A stretch of 64,000 nt of DNA from Utricularia gibba (lineage: Eukaryota > Plantae > Magnoliophyta): NCBI GenBank assembly GCA_002189035.1, contig NEEC01000163.1:1-64000 (forward strand). Reading direction: 5' to 3'. Shown here piece after piece: positions 1 through 14,110 of this stretch. Within the stretch, counting starts at the first letter, position 1, and each line of letters opens with the position of its first letter. The notes under the pieces are model-generated. The model was not told where the DNA came from, made no database searches, and worked only from the letters and a program-made list of their open reading frames with translations. The position numbers and the translations under genes were made by a program.

Positions 1-99
1 GCGACTCCTTTGCTCGTTTTTATGCGAAAATTTTTGTCGGATTGCGAAACCCGCGTGATTCGTTAATATATGTAAAATCCTGAATTTCGCAGCATTCTC

Positions 100-2197
100 A
101 TGCGTTTCTATGGGTGTGCTCGGGCCTGGGACTTCCTACACCAAGGGGTGGCCTCGCGCAGCCTTCGCCATTGACGCCACATCGTCCAAACCGTTTAGAG
201 TCACGCGACACACAGCATACCGTTTCGAAGCTCATTCTGAGACGATCGTTTTTCGTGTTGGGAGTCGCCCATCCGAGGAAAGTTCGAAGCTCGAAGGATG
301 GCCTTATATTAGCCTTGAATGTGTTCCCAAAATGGTCTAGCCATTGGGACATCGCGACTCCTTTGCTCCTTTTTATGCGAAAATTATTCTCGGATTGCGA
401 AACGCGTGATTCGTTAATATATGTCAAAATCTTGAATTTCGCGGCATTCTCATGCGTTTCTCCGAGTGTGCTCGGGCCCTGGAATTCCTACATTAAGGGG
501 TGGCCTCGCGCAGCCTTCGCCAATTGACGCCACATCGTCCAAACCGTTTAGAGTCACGCGACACACAGCATACCGTTTCGAAGCTCATTCTGACGATCGT
601 TTTTCGTGTTGGGACGCCCATCCGAGGAAAGTTCGAAGCTTGACGGATGGCCCTATATAAGCCTTGAATGGTGTCACAAAATGGCCTAGCCATTGGGGAC
701 GTTGCGACTCCTTTGCTCGTTTTTATGCGAAAATTGTTCTCGGATTGCGAACACGCGTGATTCGTTAATATATGTAAAATCTGAATTTCGCGGCATTCTC
801 ATGCGTTTCTCCGGTGTGCTCACTTCCTACACCAAGGGTGGCCTCGCGCAGCCTTCGCCATTGACGCCACATCGTCCAAACCGTTTAGAGTCACGCGACA
901 CAGCATACCGTTTCGAAGCTCATTCTGAGACGATCGTTTTTCGTGTTGGGAATCGCCCATCCGAGGAAAGTTCGAAGCTCGACGGATGGCCCTATATAAG
1001 TAATGGTGTCACAAAATGGCCTAGCCATTGGGGACGTTGGACTCGTTTGCTCGTTTTTATGCGAAAATAATCTCGGCTTGCGAAACACGCGTGATTCGTT
1101 AATATATGTAAAAATCTAAATTTCGCGGCATTCTCATGCGTTTCTACGGGTGTGCTCGGGCCCGGGACTTCCTACACCAAGGGGTGGCCTCGCGCAGCCT
1201 TCGCATTGACGCCACATCGTCCAAACCGTTTAGAGTCACGCGACACACAGCATACCGTTTCGAAGCTCATTCTGAGACGATCGTTTTTCGTGTTGGAAGT
1301 TCGCCCATCCGAGGAAAGTTCGAAGCTCGACGGATGGCCCTATATAAGCCTTGAATGGTGTCACAAAATGGCCTAGCCATTGGGGACGTTGGGACTCGTT
1401 TGCTCGTTTTTATGCGAAAATTGTTCTCGGCTTGCGAAACACGCGTGATTCGTTAATATATGTCAAAATCTTGAATTTCGCGGCATTCTCATGCGTTTCT
1501 CCGAGTGTGCTCGGGCCCTGGGAATTCCTACATTAAGGGGTGGCCTCGCGCAGCCTTCGCCATTGACGCCACATCGTCCAAACCGTTTAGAGTCACGCGA
1601 CACACAGCATACCGTTTCGAAGCTCATTCCGAGACGGTCGTTTTTCGTGTTGGGAGCTTGCCCATCCGAGGAAAGTTCGAAGCTCGAAGGATGGCCTTAT
1701 ATTAGCCTTCAATGTGTCAAAATGGTCTAGCCATTGGGGACATCGCGACTCCTTTGCTCGTTTTTATGCGAAAATTATTCTCGGCTTGCGAAACACGCGT
1801 GATTCGTTAATATATGTCAAAATCTTGAATTTCGCGGCATTCTCATGCGTTTCTCGGGTGTGCTCGGGCCCGGGACTTCCTACACCAAGGGGTGGCCTCG
1901 CGCAGCCTTCGCCATTGACGCCACATCGTCCAAACCGTTTAGAGTCACGCGACACACAGCATACCGTTTCGAAGCTCATTCTGAGACGATCGTTTTTCGT
2001 GTTGGGAGTTCGCCCATCCGAGGAAAGTTCGAAGCTCGACGGATGGCCCTATATAAGCCTTGAATGGTGTCACAAAATGGTCTAGCCATTGGGGACATTG
2101 ACTCCTTTGCTCGTTTTTATGCGAAAATTATTCTCGGATTGCGAAACACGCGTGATTCGTTAATATATGTCAAAATCTTGAATTTCGCGGCATTCTC
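100..2197 (+). repeat. Hexameric higher-order repeat unit (R-S-T-U-P-Q phase)
   Basis: 5' types C,E,C,C,E,C. Class markers match the other hexamers, although the last monomer is mixed alpha/beta. The third monomer has a ~10-bp deletion near 820. Confidence 0.65.
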
Positions 2198-5100
2198 ATG
2201 CGTTTCTCTGTGTGCTCGGGCCCTGGGAATTCCTACATTAAGGGGTGGCCTCGCGCAGCCTTCGCCATTGACGCCACATCGTCCAAACCGTTTAGAGTCA
2301 CGCGAACACACAGCCGTTTCGAAGCTCATTCTGAGACGATCGTTTTTCGTGTTGGGAGTTCGCCCATCCGAGGAAAGTTCGAAGCTCGACGGATGGCCTA
2401 TATAAGCCTTGAATGGTGTCACAAAATGGTCTAGCATTGGGGACGTTGGGACTCGTTTGCTCGTTTTTATGCGAAAATAATCTCGGCTTGCGAAACACGC
2501 GTGATTCGTTAATATATGTCAAAATCTTGAATTTCGCGGCATTCTCATGCGTTTCTCGAGTGTGCTCGGGCCCTGGGAATTCCTACACCAAGGGGTGGCC
2601 TCGCGCAGCCTTCGCAATTGACGCCACATCAAAACCGTTTAGAGTCACGCGACACACAGCATACCGTTTCGAAGCTCATTCTGAGACGATCGTTTTTTGT
2701 GTTGAAAGCGCCCATCCGAGGAAAGTTCGAAGCTCGGATGGCCCTATATAAGCCTTGAATGGTGTCACAAAATGGCCTAGCCATTGGGGACGTTGGACTC
2801 GTTTGCTCGTTTTTATGCGAAAATTGTTCTCGGCTTGCGAAACACGCGTGATTCGTTAATATATGTCAAAATCTTGAATTTCGCGGCATTCTCATGCGTT
2901 TCTCAGTGTGCTCGGGCCCTGGGAATTCCTACATTAAGGGGTGGCCTCGCGCAGCCTTCGCCATTGACGCCACATCGTCCAAACCGTTTAGAGTCACGCG
3001 ACACACAGCATACCGTTTCGAAGCTCATTCTGAGACGGTCGTTTTTCGTGTTGGGAGTTCGCCCATCCGAGGAAAGTTCGAAGCTCGACGGATGGCCTAT
3101 ATAAGCCTTGAATGGTGTCACAAAATGGCCTAGCCATTGGGGACGTTGGGACTCGTTTGCTCGTTTTTATGCGAAAATAATTCGGCTTGCGAACACGCGT
3201 GATTCGTTAATATATGTCAAAATCTTGAATTTCGCGGCATTCTCATGCGTTTCTCGGTGTGCTCGGGCCCTGGGACTTCCTACACCAAGGGGTGGCCTCG
3301 CGCAGCCTTCGCCATTGACGCCACATCGTCCAAACCGTTTAGAGTCACGACACACAGCATACCGTTTCGAAGCTCATTCGAGACGGTCGTTTTTTGTGTT
3401 GGCCCATCCGAGGAAAGTTCGAAGCTCGAAGGATGGCCCTATATAAGCCTTGAATGGTGTCACAAAATGGCCTAGCCATTGGGGACGTTGGGACTCGTTT
3501 GCTCGTTTTTATGCGAAAATTATTCTCGGCTTGCGAAACACGCGTGATTCGTTAATATATGTCAAAATCTTGAATTTCGCGGCATTCTCATGCGTTTCTC
3601 GTGTGCTCGGGCCCTGGGAATTCCTACATTAAGGGGTGGCCTCGCGCAGCCTTCGCCATTGACGCCACATCGTCCAAACCGTTTAGAGTCACGCGACACA
3701 CAGCATACCGTTTCGAAGCTCATTCTGAGACGATCGTTTTTCGTGTTGGGAGTTCGCCCATCGAGGAAAGTTCGAAGCTCGAAGGATGGCCTTATATTAG
3801 CCTTGAATGGTGTCACAAAATGGTCTAGCCATTGGGGACGTTGCGACTCCTTTGCTCGTTTTATGCGAAAATTTTTCTCGGATTGCGAAACACGCGTGAT
3901 TCGTTAATATATGTAAAATCTGAATTTCGCGGCATTCTCATGCGTTTCTGGGTGTGCTCGGGCCTGGGACTTCCTACACCAAGGGGTGGCCTCGCGCAGC
4001 CTTCGCCATTGACGCCACATCGTCAAACCGTTTAGAGTCACGCGACACACAGCATACCGTTTCGAAGCTCATTCTGAGACGATCGTTTTTCGTGTTGGGA
4101 GCTCGCCCATCCGAGGAAAGTTCGAAGCTCGACGGATGGCCTTATATTAGCCTTGAATGGTGTCACAAAATGGTCTAGCCATTGGGGACGTTGCGACTCC
4201 TTTGCTCGTTTTTTATGCGAAAATTATTCTCGGATTGCGAAACACGCGTGATTCGTTAAATATGTCAAAATCTTGAATTTCGCGGCATTCTCATGCGTTT
4301 CTCAGTGTGCTCGGGCCCTGGATTCCTACATTAAGGGGTGGCCTCGCGCAGCCTTCGCCATTGACGCCACATCGTCCAAACCGTTTAGAGTCACGCGACA
4401 CACAGCATACCGTTTCGAAGCTCATTCTGAGACGATCGTTTTTCGTGTTGGGATCGCCCATCGAGGAAAGTTCGAAGCTCGACGGATGGCCTATATAAGC
4501 CTTGAATGGTGTCACAAAATGGCCTAGCCATTGGGGACGTTGCGACTCCTTTGCTCGTTTTTATGCGAAAATTGTTTCTCGGATTGCGAAACGCGTGATT
4601 CGTTAATATATGTAAAAATCTTGAATTTCGCGGCATTCTCATGCGTTTCTGGGTGTGCTCGGGCCGGGAATTCCTACACAAGGGGTGGCCTCGCGCAGCC
4701 TTCGCCATTGACGCCACATCGTCCAAACGTTTAGAGTCACGCGACACAGCATACCGTTTCGAAGCTCATTCTGAGACGATCGTTTTTCGTGTTGGGAAGC
4801 CCATCCGAGGAAAGTTCGAAGCTCGACGGATGGCCTATATAAGCCTTGAATGGTGTCACAAATGGCCTAGCCATTGGGGACGTTGGGACTCGTTTGCTCG
4901 TTTTTATGCGAAAATATCTCGGCTTGCGAAACACGCGTGATTCGTTAATATATGTAAAATCTTGAATTTCGCGGCATTCTCATGCGTTTCTCGGTGTGCT
5001 CGGGCCCTGGGACTTCCTACACCAAGGGGTGGCCTCGCGCAGCCTTCGCCATTGACGCCACATCGTCCAAACCGTTTAGAGTCACGCGACACAGCATACC

Positions 5101-6704
5101 GTTTCGAAGCTCATTCTGAGACGATCGTTTTTCGTGTTGGAAGTTCGCCCATCCGAGGAAAGTTCGAAGCTCGACGGATGGCCTATATAAGCCTTGAATG
5201 GTGTCACAAAATGGCCTAGCCATGGGGACGTTGGGACTCGTTTGCTCGTTTTTATGCGAAAATTGTTCTCGGCTTGCGAAACACGCGTGATTCGTTAATA
5301 TATGTCAAAATCTTGAATTTCGCGGCATTCTCATGCGTTTCTCCGGTGTGCTCGGGCCCTGGGAATTCCTACATTAAGGGGTGGCCTCGCGCAGCCTTCG
5401 CCATTGACGCCACATCGTCCAAACCGTTTAGAGTCACGCGACACACAGCATACCGTTTCGAAGCTCATTCCGAGACGGTCGTTTTTCGTGTTGGGAGTTG
5501 CCCATCCGAGGAAAGTTCGAAGCTCGAAGGATGGCCTTATATAGCCTTCAATGGTGTCACAAAATGGTCTAGCCATTGGGGACATTGCGACTCCTTTGCT
5601 CGTTTTTATGCGAAAATTATTCTCGGCTTGCGAAACACGCGTGATTCGTTAATATATGTCAAAATCTTGAATTTCGCGGCATTCTCATGCGTTTCTCGGG
5701 TGTGCTCGGGCCCGGGAATTCCTACACCAAGGGGTGGCCTCGCGCAGCCTTCGCCATTGACGCCACATCGTCCAAACCGTTTAGAGTCACGCGACACACA
5801 GCATACCGTTTCGAAGCTCATTCTGAGACGATCGTTTTTCGTGTTGGGAGTTCGCCCATCCGAGGAAAGTTCGAAGCTCGACGGATGGCCCTATATAAGC
5901 CTTGAATGGTGTCACAAAATGGCTAGCCATTGGGGACGTCGACTCCTTTGCTCGTTTTTATGCGAAAATTATTCTCGGCTTGCGAAACACGCGTGATTCG
6001 TTAATATATGTCAAAATCTTGAATTTCGCGGCATTCTCATGCGTTTCTCCGTGTGCTCGGGCCCTGGAATTCCTACATTAAGGGGTGGCCTCGCGCAGCC
6101 TTCGCCATTGACGCCACATCGTCCAAACCGTTTAGAGTCACGCGACACACAGCATACCGTTTCGAAGCTCATTCCGAGACGGTCGTTTTTCGTGTTGGGA
6201 GTTCGCCCATCCGAGGAAAGTTCGAAGCTCGACGGATGGCCTATATAAGCCTTGAATGGTGTCACAAAATGGTAGCCATTGGGGACGTTGCGACTCCTTT
6301 GCTCGTTTTTATGCGAAAATCTCGGCTTGCGAAACACGCGTGATTCGTTAATATATGTCAAAATCTTGAATTTCGCGGCATTCTCATGCGTTTCTCGGTG
6401 TGCTCGGGCCCTGGGACTTCCTACACCAAGGGGTGGCCTCGCGCAGCCTTCGCTTGACGCCACATGTTTAGAGTCACGCGACACACAGCATACCGTTTCG
6501 AAGCTCATTCTGAGACGGTCGTTTTTCGTGTTGGGTTGCCCATCGAAGCTCGGATGGCCTATATAAGCCTTGAATGGTGTCACAAAATGGCCTAGCCATT
6601 GGGGACGTTGGGACTCGTTTGCTCGTTTTTATGCGAAACTCTCGGCTTGCGAAACACGCGTGATTCGTTAATATATGTCAAAATCTGAATTTCGCGGCAT
6701 TCTC

Positions 6705-8825
6705 ATGCGTTTCTCCGAGTGTGCTCGGGCCCTGGGAATTCCTACATTAAGGGGTGGCCTCGCGCAGCCTTCGCCATTGACGCCACATCGTCCAAACCGT
6801 TTAGAGTCACGCGACACACAGCATACCGTTTCGAAGCTCATTCTGAGACGATCGTTTTTCGTGTTGGGAACGCCCATCCGAGGAAAGTTCGAAGCTCGAC
6901 GGATGGCCTATATAAGCCTTGAATGGTGTCACAAAATGGCCTAGCCATTGGGGACGTTGCGACTCCTTTGCTCGTTTTTATGCGAAAATTGTTCTCGGCT
7001 TGCGAAACACGCGTGATTCGTTAATATATGTCAAAATCTTGAATTTCGCGGCATTCTCATGCGTTTCTCCGGGTGTGCTCGGGCCCGGGACTTCCTACAC
7101 CAAGGGGTGGCCTCGCGCAGCCTTCGCCATTGACGCCACATCGTCCAAACCGTTTAGAGTCACGCGACACACAGCATACCGTTTCGAAGCTCATTCTGAG
7201 ACGATCGTTTTTCGTGTTGGGACGCCCATCCGAGGAAAGTTCGAAGCTCGACGGATGGCCCTATATAAGCCTTGAATGGTGTCACAAAATGGCCTAGCCA
7301 TTGGGGACGTTGGGACTCGTTTGCTCGTTTTTATGCGAAAATAATCTCGGCTTGCGAAACACGCGTGATTCGTTAATATATGTAAAAATCTGAATTTCGC
7401 GGCATTCTCATGCGTTTCTCGGGTGTGCTCGGGCCCGGGACTTCCTACACCAAGGGGTGGCCTCGCGCAGCCTTCGCCATTGACGCCACATCGTCCAAAC
7501 CGTTTAGAGTCACGCGACACACAGCATACCGTTTCGAAGCTCATTCTGAGACGGTCGTTTTTCGTGTTGGAAGTTCGCCCATCCGAGGAAAGTTCGAAGC
7601 TCGACGGATGGCCCTATATAAGCCTTGAATGGTGTCACAAAATGGCCTAGCCATTGGGGACGTTGGGACTCGTTTGCTCGTTTTTATGCGAAAATTGTTC
7701 TCGGCTTGCGAAACACGCGTGATTCGTTAATATATGTCAAAATCTTGAATTTCGCGGCATTCTCATGCGTTTCTCCGAGTGTGCTCGGGCCCTGGGAATT
7801 CCTACATTAAGGGGTGGCCTCGCGCAGCCTTCGCCATTGACGCCACATCGTCCAAACCGTTTAGAGTCACGCGACACACAGCATACCGTTTCGAAGCTCA
7901 TTCCGAGACGGTCGTTTTTCGTGTTGGGAGTTGCCCATCCGAGGAAAGTTCGAAGCTCGAAGGATGGCCTTATATTAGCCTTCAATGGTGTCACAAAATG
8001 GTCTAGCCATTGGGGACATTGCGACTCCTTTGCTCGTTTTTATGCGAAAATTATTCTCGGCTTGCGAAACACGCGTGATTCGTTAATATATGTCAAATCT
8101 TGAATTTCGCGGCATTCTCATGCGTTTCTCGGGTGTGCTCGGGCCCGGGACTTCCTACACCAAGGGGTGGCCTCGCGCAGCCTTCGCCATTGACGCCACA
8201 TCGTCCAAACCGTTTAGAGTCACGCGACACACAGCATACCGTTTCGAAGCTCATTCTGAGACGATCGTTTTTCGTGTTGGAAGTTCGCCCATCCGAGGAA
8301 AGTTCGAAGCTCGAAGGATGGCCTTATATTAGCCTTGAATGGTGTCACAAAATGGTCTAGCCATTGGGGACGTTGCGACTCCTTTGCTCGTTTTTATGCG
8401 AAATTTTTCTCGGATTGCGAAACACGCGTGATTCGTTAATATATGTAAAATCCTGAATTTCGCGGCATTCTCATGCGTTTCTGGGTGTGCTCGGGCCTGG
8501 GACTTCCTACACCAAGGGGTGGCCTCGCGCAGCCTTCGCCATTGACGCCACATCGTCCAAACCGTTTAGAGTCACGCGACACACAGCATACCGTTTCGAA
8601 GCTCATTCTGAGACGATCGTTTTTCGTGTTGGGAGCTCGCCCATCCGAGGAAAGTTCGAAGCTCGAAGGATGGCCTTATATTAGCCTTGAATGGTGTCAC
8701 AAAATGGCTAGCCATTGGGGACATTGCGACTCCTTTGCTCGTTTTTATGCGAAAATTATTCTCGGCTTGCGAAACACGCGTGATTCGTTAATATATGTCA
8801 AAATCTTGAATTTCGCGGCATTCTC
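6705..8825 (+). repeat. Hexameric higher-order repeat unit (S-T-U-P-Q-R), 2121 bp
   Basis: 5' haplotypes run E,C,C,E,C,C (E = GAATTCCTACATTA, C = GACTTCCTACACCA). 3' haplotypes run beta,beta,beta,alpha,alpha,alpha (beta = CGACGGA/TGGCCTAG, alpha = CGAAGGA/TGGTCTAG; the last copy has a 1-nt loss at the TAG site). Confidence 0.75.
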
Positions 8826-9531
8826 ATGCGTTTCTCCGAGTGTGCTCGGGCCCTGGGAATTCCTACATTAAGGGGTGGCCTCGCGCAGCCTTCGCCATTG
8901 ACGCCACATCGTCCAAACCGTTTAGAGTCACGCGACACACCATACCGTTTCGAAGCTCATTCTGAGACGATCGTTTTTGTGTTGGGATCGCCCATCCGAG
9001 GAAAGTTCGAAGCTCGACGGATGGCCTATATAAGCCTTGAATGGTGTCACAAAATGGCCTAGCCATTGGGGACGTTGGGACTCGTTTGCTCGTTTTTATG
9101 CGAAAATAATCTCGGCTTGCGAAACACGCGTGATTCGTTAATATATGTCAAAATCTTGAATTTCGCGGCATTCTCATGCGTTTCTCCGAGTGTGCTCGGG
9201 CCCTGGGAATTCCTACATTAAGGGGTGGCCTCGCGCAGCCTTCGCCATTGACGCCACATCGTCCAAACCGTTTAGAGTCACGCGACACACAGCATACCGT
9301 TTCGAAGCTCATTCCGAGACGGTCGTTTTTCGTGTTGGGAGTTCGCCCATCCGAGGAAAGTTCGAAGCTCGACGGATGGCCTATATAAGCCTTGAATGGT
9401 GTCACAAAATGGCCTAGCCATTGGGGACGTTGGGACTCGTTTGCTCGTTTTTATGCGAAAATTGTTCTCGGCTTGCGAAACACGCGTGATTCGTTAATAT
9501 ATGTCAAAATCTTGAATTTCGCGGCATTCTC
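7765..9531 (+). repeat. Pentameric HOR derivative (P-Q-R-S'-U'), 1767 bp
   Basis: S' has an S 5' half with a T-type 3' end (GTTGGGACTCGT...AATAATCT). U' has an E/CCGAGACGGTC 5' half with a U-type 3' end. The same order occurs at 31346-33119. Confidence 0.65.
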
Positions 9532-10942
9532 ATGCGTTTCTCCGAGTGTGCTCGGCCCTGGGAATTCCTACACCAAGGGGTGGCCTCGCGCAGCCTTCGC
9601 CATTGACGCCACATCGTCCAAACCGTTTAGAGTCACGCGACACACAGCATACCGTTTCGAAGCTCATTCTGAGACGGTCGTTTTTCGTGTTGGAAGTTCG
9701 CCCATCCGAGGAAAGTTCGAAGCTCGAAGGATGGCCTTATATTAGCCTTGAATGGTGTCACAAAATGGTCTAGCCATTGGGGACGTTGCGACTCCTTTGC
9801 TCGTTTTTATGCGAAAATTTTCTCGGATTGCGAAACACGCGTGATTCGTTAATATATGTAAAAATCTTGAATTTCGCGGCATTCTCATGCGTTTCTAGGG
9901 TGTGCTCGGGCCCTGGGAATTCCTACACCAAGGGGTGGCCTCGCGCAGCCTTCGCCATTGACGCCACATCGTCCAAACCGTTTAGAGTCACGCGACACAC
10001 AGCATACCGTTTCGAAGCTCATTCTGAGACGATCGTTTTTCGTGTTGGGAGCTCGCCCATCCGAGGAAAGTTCGAAGCTCGAAGGATGGCCTTATATAGC
10101 CTTGAATGGTTTCACAAAATGGTCTAGCCATTGGGGACATCGCGACTCCTTTGCTCGTTTTTATGCGAAAATTATTCTCGGATTGCGAAACACGCGTGAT
10201 TCGTTAATATATGTCAAAATCTTGAATTTCGCCATTCTCATGCGTTTCTCCGAGTGTGCTCGGGCCCTGGAATTCCTACATTAAGGGGTGGCCTCGCGCA
10301 GCCTTCGCAATTGACGCCACATCGTCCAAACCGTTTAGAGTCACGCGACACAGCATACCGTTTCGAAGCTCATTCTGAGACGATCGTTTTTCGTGTTGGG
10401 AAATCGCCCATCCGAGGAAAGTTCGAAGCTCGACGGATGGCCCTATATAAGCCTTGAATGGTGTCACAAAATGGCCTAGCCATTGGGGACGTTGGGACTC
10501 CTTTGCTCGTTTTTATGCGAAAATATCTCGGCTTGCGAAACACGCGTGATTCGTTAATATATGTAAAATCTTGAATTTCGCATTCTCATGCGTTTCTCCG
10601 AGTGTGCTCGGGCCCTGGGAATTCCTACATTAAGGGGTGGCCTCGCGCAGCCTTCGCAATTGACGCCACATCGTCCAAACCGTTTAGAGTCACGCGACAC
10701 ACAGCATACCGTTTCGAAGCTCATTCCGAGACGGTCGTTTTTCGTGTTGGAAGTTCGCCCATCCGAGGAAAGTTCGAAGCTCGACGGATGGCCCTATATA
10801 AGCCTTGAATGGTGTCACAAAATGGCTAGCCATTGGGGACGTTGGGACTCGTTTGCTCGTTTTTATGCGAAAATTGTTCTCGGCTGCGAAACACGCGTGA
10901 TTCGTTAATATATGTCAAAATCTTGAATTTCGCGGCATTCTC

Positions 10943-13057
10943 ATGCGTTTCTCCGAGTGTGCTCGGGCCCTGGGAATTCCTACATTAAGGGGTGGCCTCG
11001 CGCAGCCTTCGCCATTGACGCCACATCGTCCAAACCGTTTAGAGTCACGCGACACACAGCATACCGTTTCGAAGCTCATTCCGAGACGGTCGTTTTTCGT
11101 GTTGGGAGCTTGCCCATCCGAGGAAAGTTCGAAGCTCGAAGGATGGCCTTATATAGCCTTCAATGTGTCACAAAATGGTCTAGCCATTGGGGACATCGCG
11201 ACTCCTTTGCTCGTTTTTATGCGAAAATTATTCTCGGCTTGCGAAACACGCGTGATTCGTTAATATATATCTTGAATTTCGCGGCATTCTCATGCGTTTC
11301 TCGGGTGTGCTCGGGCCCCGGGACTTCCTACACCAAGGGGTGGCCTCGCGCAGCCTTCGCCATTGACGCCACATCGTCCAAACCGTTTAGAGTCACGCGA
11401 CACACAGCATACCGTTTCGAAGCTCATTCTGAGACGATCGTTTTTCGTGTTGGAAGTTCGCCCATCCGAGGAAAGTTCGAAGCTCGAAGGATGGCCTTAT
11501 ATTAGCCTTGAATGGTTTCACAAAATGGTCTAGCCATTGGGGACGTTGCGACTCCTTTGCTCGTTTTTATGCGAAAATTTTTGTCGGATTGCGAAACACG
11601 CGTGATTCGTTAATATATGTAAAATCTGAATTTCGCGGCATTCTCATGCGTTTCTATGGGTGTGCTCGGGCTGGGACCTACACCAAGGGGTGGCCTCGCG
11701 CAGCCTTCGCCATTGACGCCACATCGTCCAAACCGTTTAGAGTCACGCGACACACAGCATACCGTTTCGAAGCTCATTCTGAGACGATCGTTTTTCGTGT
11801 TGGGAGTCGCCCATCCGAGGAAAGTTCGAAGCTCGAAGGATGGCCTTATATTAGCCTTGAATGGTGTCACAAAATGGTCTAGCCATTGGGGACGTTGCGA
11901 CTCCTTTGCTCGTTTTTATGCGAAAATTATTCTCGGATTGCGAAACACGCGTGATTCGTTAATATATGTCAAAATCTTGAATTTCGCCATTCTCATGCGT
12001 TTCTCCGAGTGTGCTCGGGCCCTGGGATTCCTACATTAAGGGGTGGCCTCGCGCAGCCTTCGCCAATTGACGCCACATCGTCCAAACCGTTTAGAGTCAC
12101 GCGACACACAGCATACCGTTTCGAAGCTCATTCTAAGACGATCGTTTTTCGTGTTGGGAAATCGCCCATCCGAGGAAAGTTCGAAGCTCGACGGATGGCC
12201 CTATATAAGCCTTGAATGGTGTCACAAAATGGCCTAGCCATTGGGACGTTGCGACTCCTTTGCTCGTTTTTATGCGAAAATTGTCTCGGATTGCGAAACA
12301 CGCGTGATTCGTTAATATATGTAAAAATCCTTGAATTTCGCGGCATTCTCATGCGTTTCTATGGGTGTGCTCGGGCCGGGACTTCCTACACCAAGGGGTG
12401 GCCTCGCGCAGCCTTCGCCATTGACGCCACATCGTCCAACCGTTTAGAGTCACGCGACACACAGCATACCGTTTCGAAGCTCATTCTGAGACGATCGTTT
12501 TTCGTGTTGGGAATCGCCCATCCGAGGAAAGTTCGAAGCTCGACGGATGGCCCTATATAAGCCTTGAATGGTGTCACAAAATGGCCTAGCCATTGGGGAC
12601 GTTGGGACTCCTTTGCTCGTTTTTATGCGAAAATAATTCTCGGCTTGCGAAACACGCGTGATTCGTTAATATATGTAAAAATCTGAATTTCGCGGCATTC
12701 TCATGCGTTTCTAGGGTGTGCTCGGGCCCTGGGACTTCCTACACCAAGGGTGGCCTCGCGCAGCCTTCGCCATTGACGCCACATCGTCCAAACCGTTTAG
12801 AGTCACGCGACACACAGCATACCGTTTCGAAGCTCATTCTGAGACGATCGTTTTTCGTGTTGGAAGTTCGCCCATCCGAGGAAAGTTCGAAGCTCGACGG
12901 ATGGCCCTATATAAGCCTTGAATGGTGTCACAAAATGGCCTAGCCATTGGGGACGTTGGGACTCGTTTGCTCGTTTTTATGCGAAAATTATTCTCGGCTT
13001 GCGAAACACGCGTGATTCGTTAATATATGTCAAAATCTTGAATTTCGCGGCATTCTC
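10943..13057 (+). repeat. Hexameric higher-order repeat unit (P-Q-R-S-T-U), 2115 bp
   Basis: Monomers at 10943, 11292, 11646, 11995, 12351, 12704. 5' types E,C,C,E,C,C and 3' types alpha,alpha,alpha,beta,beta,beta. Class markers: GGGAGCTTG in P, AATTTTT in Q, GGGAAATCG in S, AATAAT in T, GGAAGTTCG in U. Confidence 0.8.
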
Positions 13058-14110
13058 ATGCGTTCTCTCGAGTGTGCTCGGGCCCTGGGAATTCCTACAT
13101 TAAGGGGTGGCCTCGCGCAGCCTTCGCCATTGACGCCACATCGTCCAAACCGTTTAGAGTCACGCGACACACAGCATACCGTTTCGAAGCTCATTCTGAG
13201 ACGGTCGTTTTTCGTGTTGGGAGTTCGCCCATCCGAGGAAAGTTCGAAGCTCGACGGATGGCCTATATAAGCCTTGAATGGTGTCCAAAATGGTCTAGCC
13301 ATAGGGGACATCGCGACTCCTTTGCTCATTTTTATGCGAAAATTCTCGGATTGCGAAACACGCGTGATTCATTAATATATGTCAAAATCTTGAATTTCGC
13401 GGCATTCTCATGCGTTTCTCTCAGTGTGCTCGGCTTGGGAATTCCTACATTAAGGGTGGCCTCGCGCAGCCTTCGCCATTGACGCCACATCGTCCAAACC
13501 GTTTAGAGTCACGCGACACACAGCATACCGTTTCGAAGCTCATTCCGAGACGGTCGTTTTTCGTGTTGGGAGTTGCCCATCCGAGGAAAGTTCGAAGCTC
13601 GACGGATGGCCTTATATTAGCCTTCAATAGGTGTCACAAAATGGTCTAGCCATTGGGGACGTTCGCGACTCCTTTGCTCGTTTTTATGCGAAAAACTTCT
13701 CGGCTTGCGAAACACGCGTGATTCGTTAATATATGTCAAAATCTTGAATTTCGCGGCATTCTCATGCGTTTCTCGGTGTGCTCGGGCCCTGGGATTCCTA
13801 CACCAAGGGGTGGCCTCGCGCAGCCTTCGCCATTGACGCCACATCAAACCGTTTAGAGTCACGCGACACACAGCATACCGTTTCGAAGCTCATTCCGAGA
13901 CGGTCGTTTTTCGTGTTGGGAGTTGCCCATCCGAGGAAAGTTCGAAGCTCCGGATGGCCCTATATAAGCCTTGAATGGTGTCACAAAATGGCCTAGCCAT
14001 TGGGGACGTTGGGACTCGTTTGCTCGTTTTTATGCGAAAATTGTTCTCGGCTTGCGAAACACGCGTGATTCGTTAATATATGTCAAAATCTTGAATTTCG
14101 CGGCATTCTC

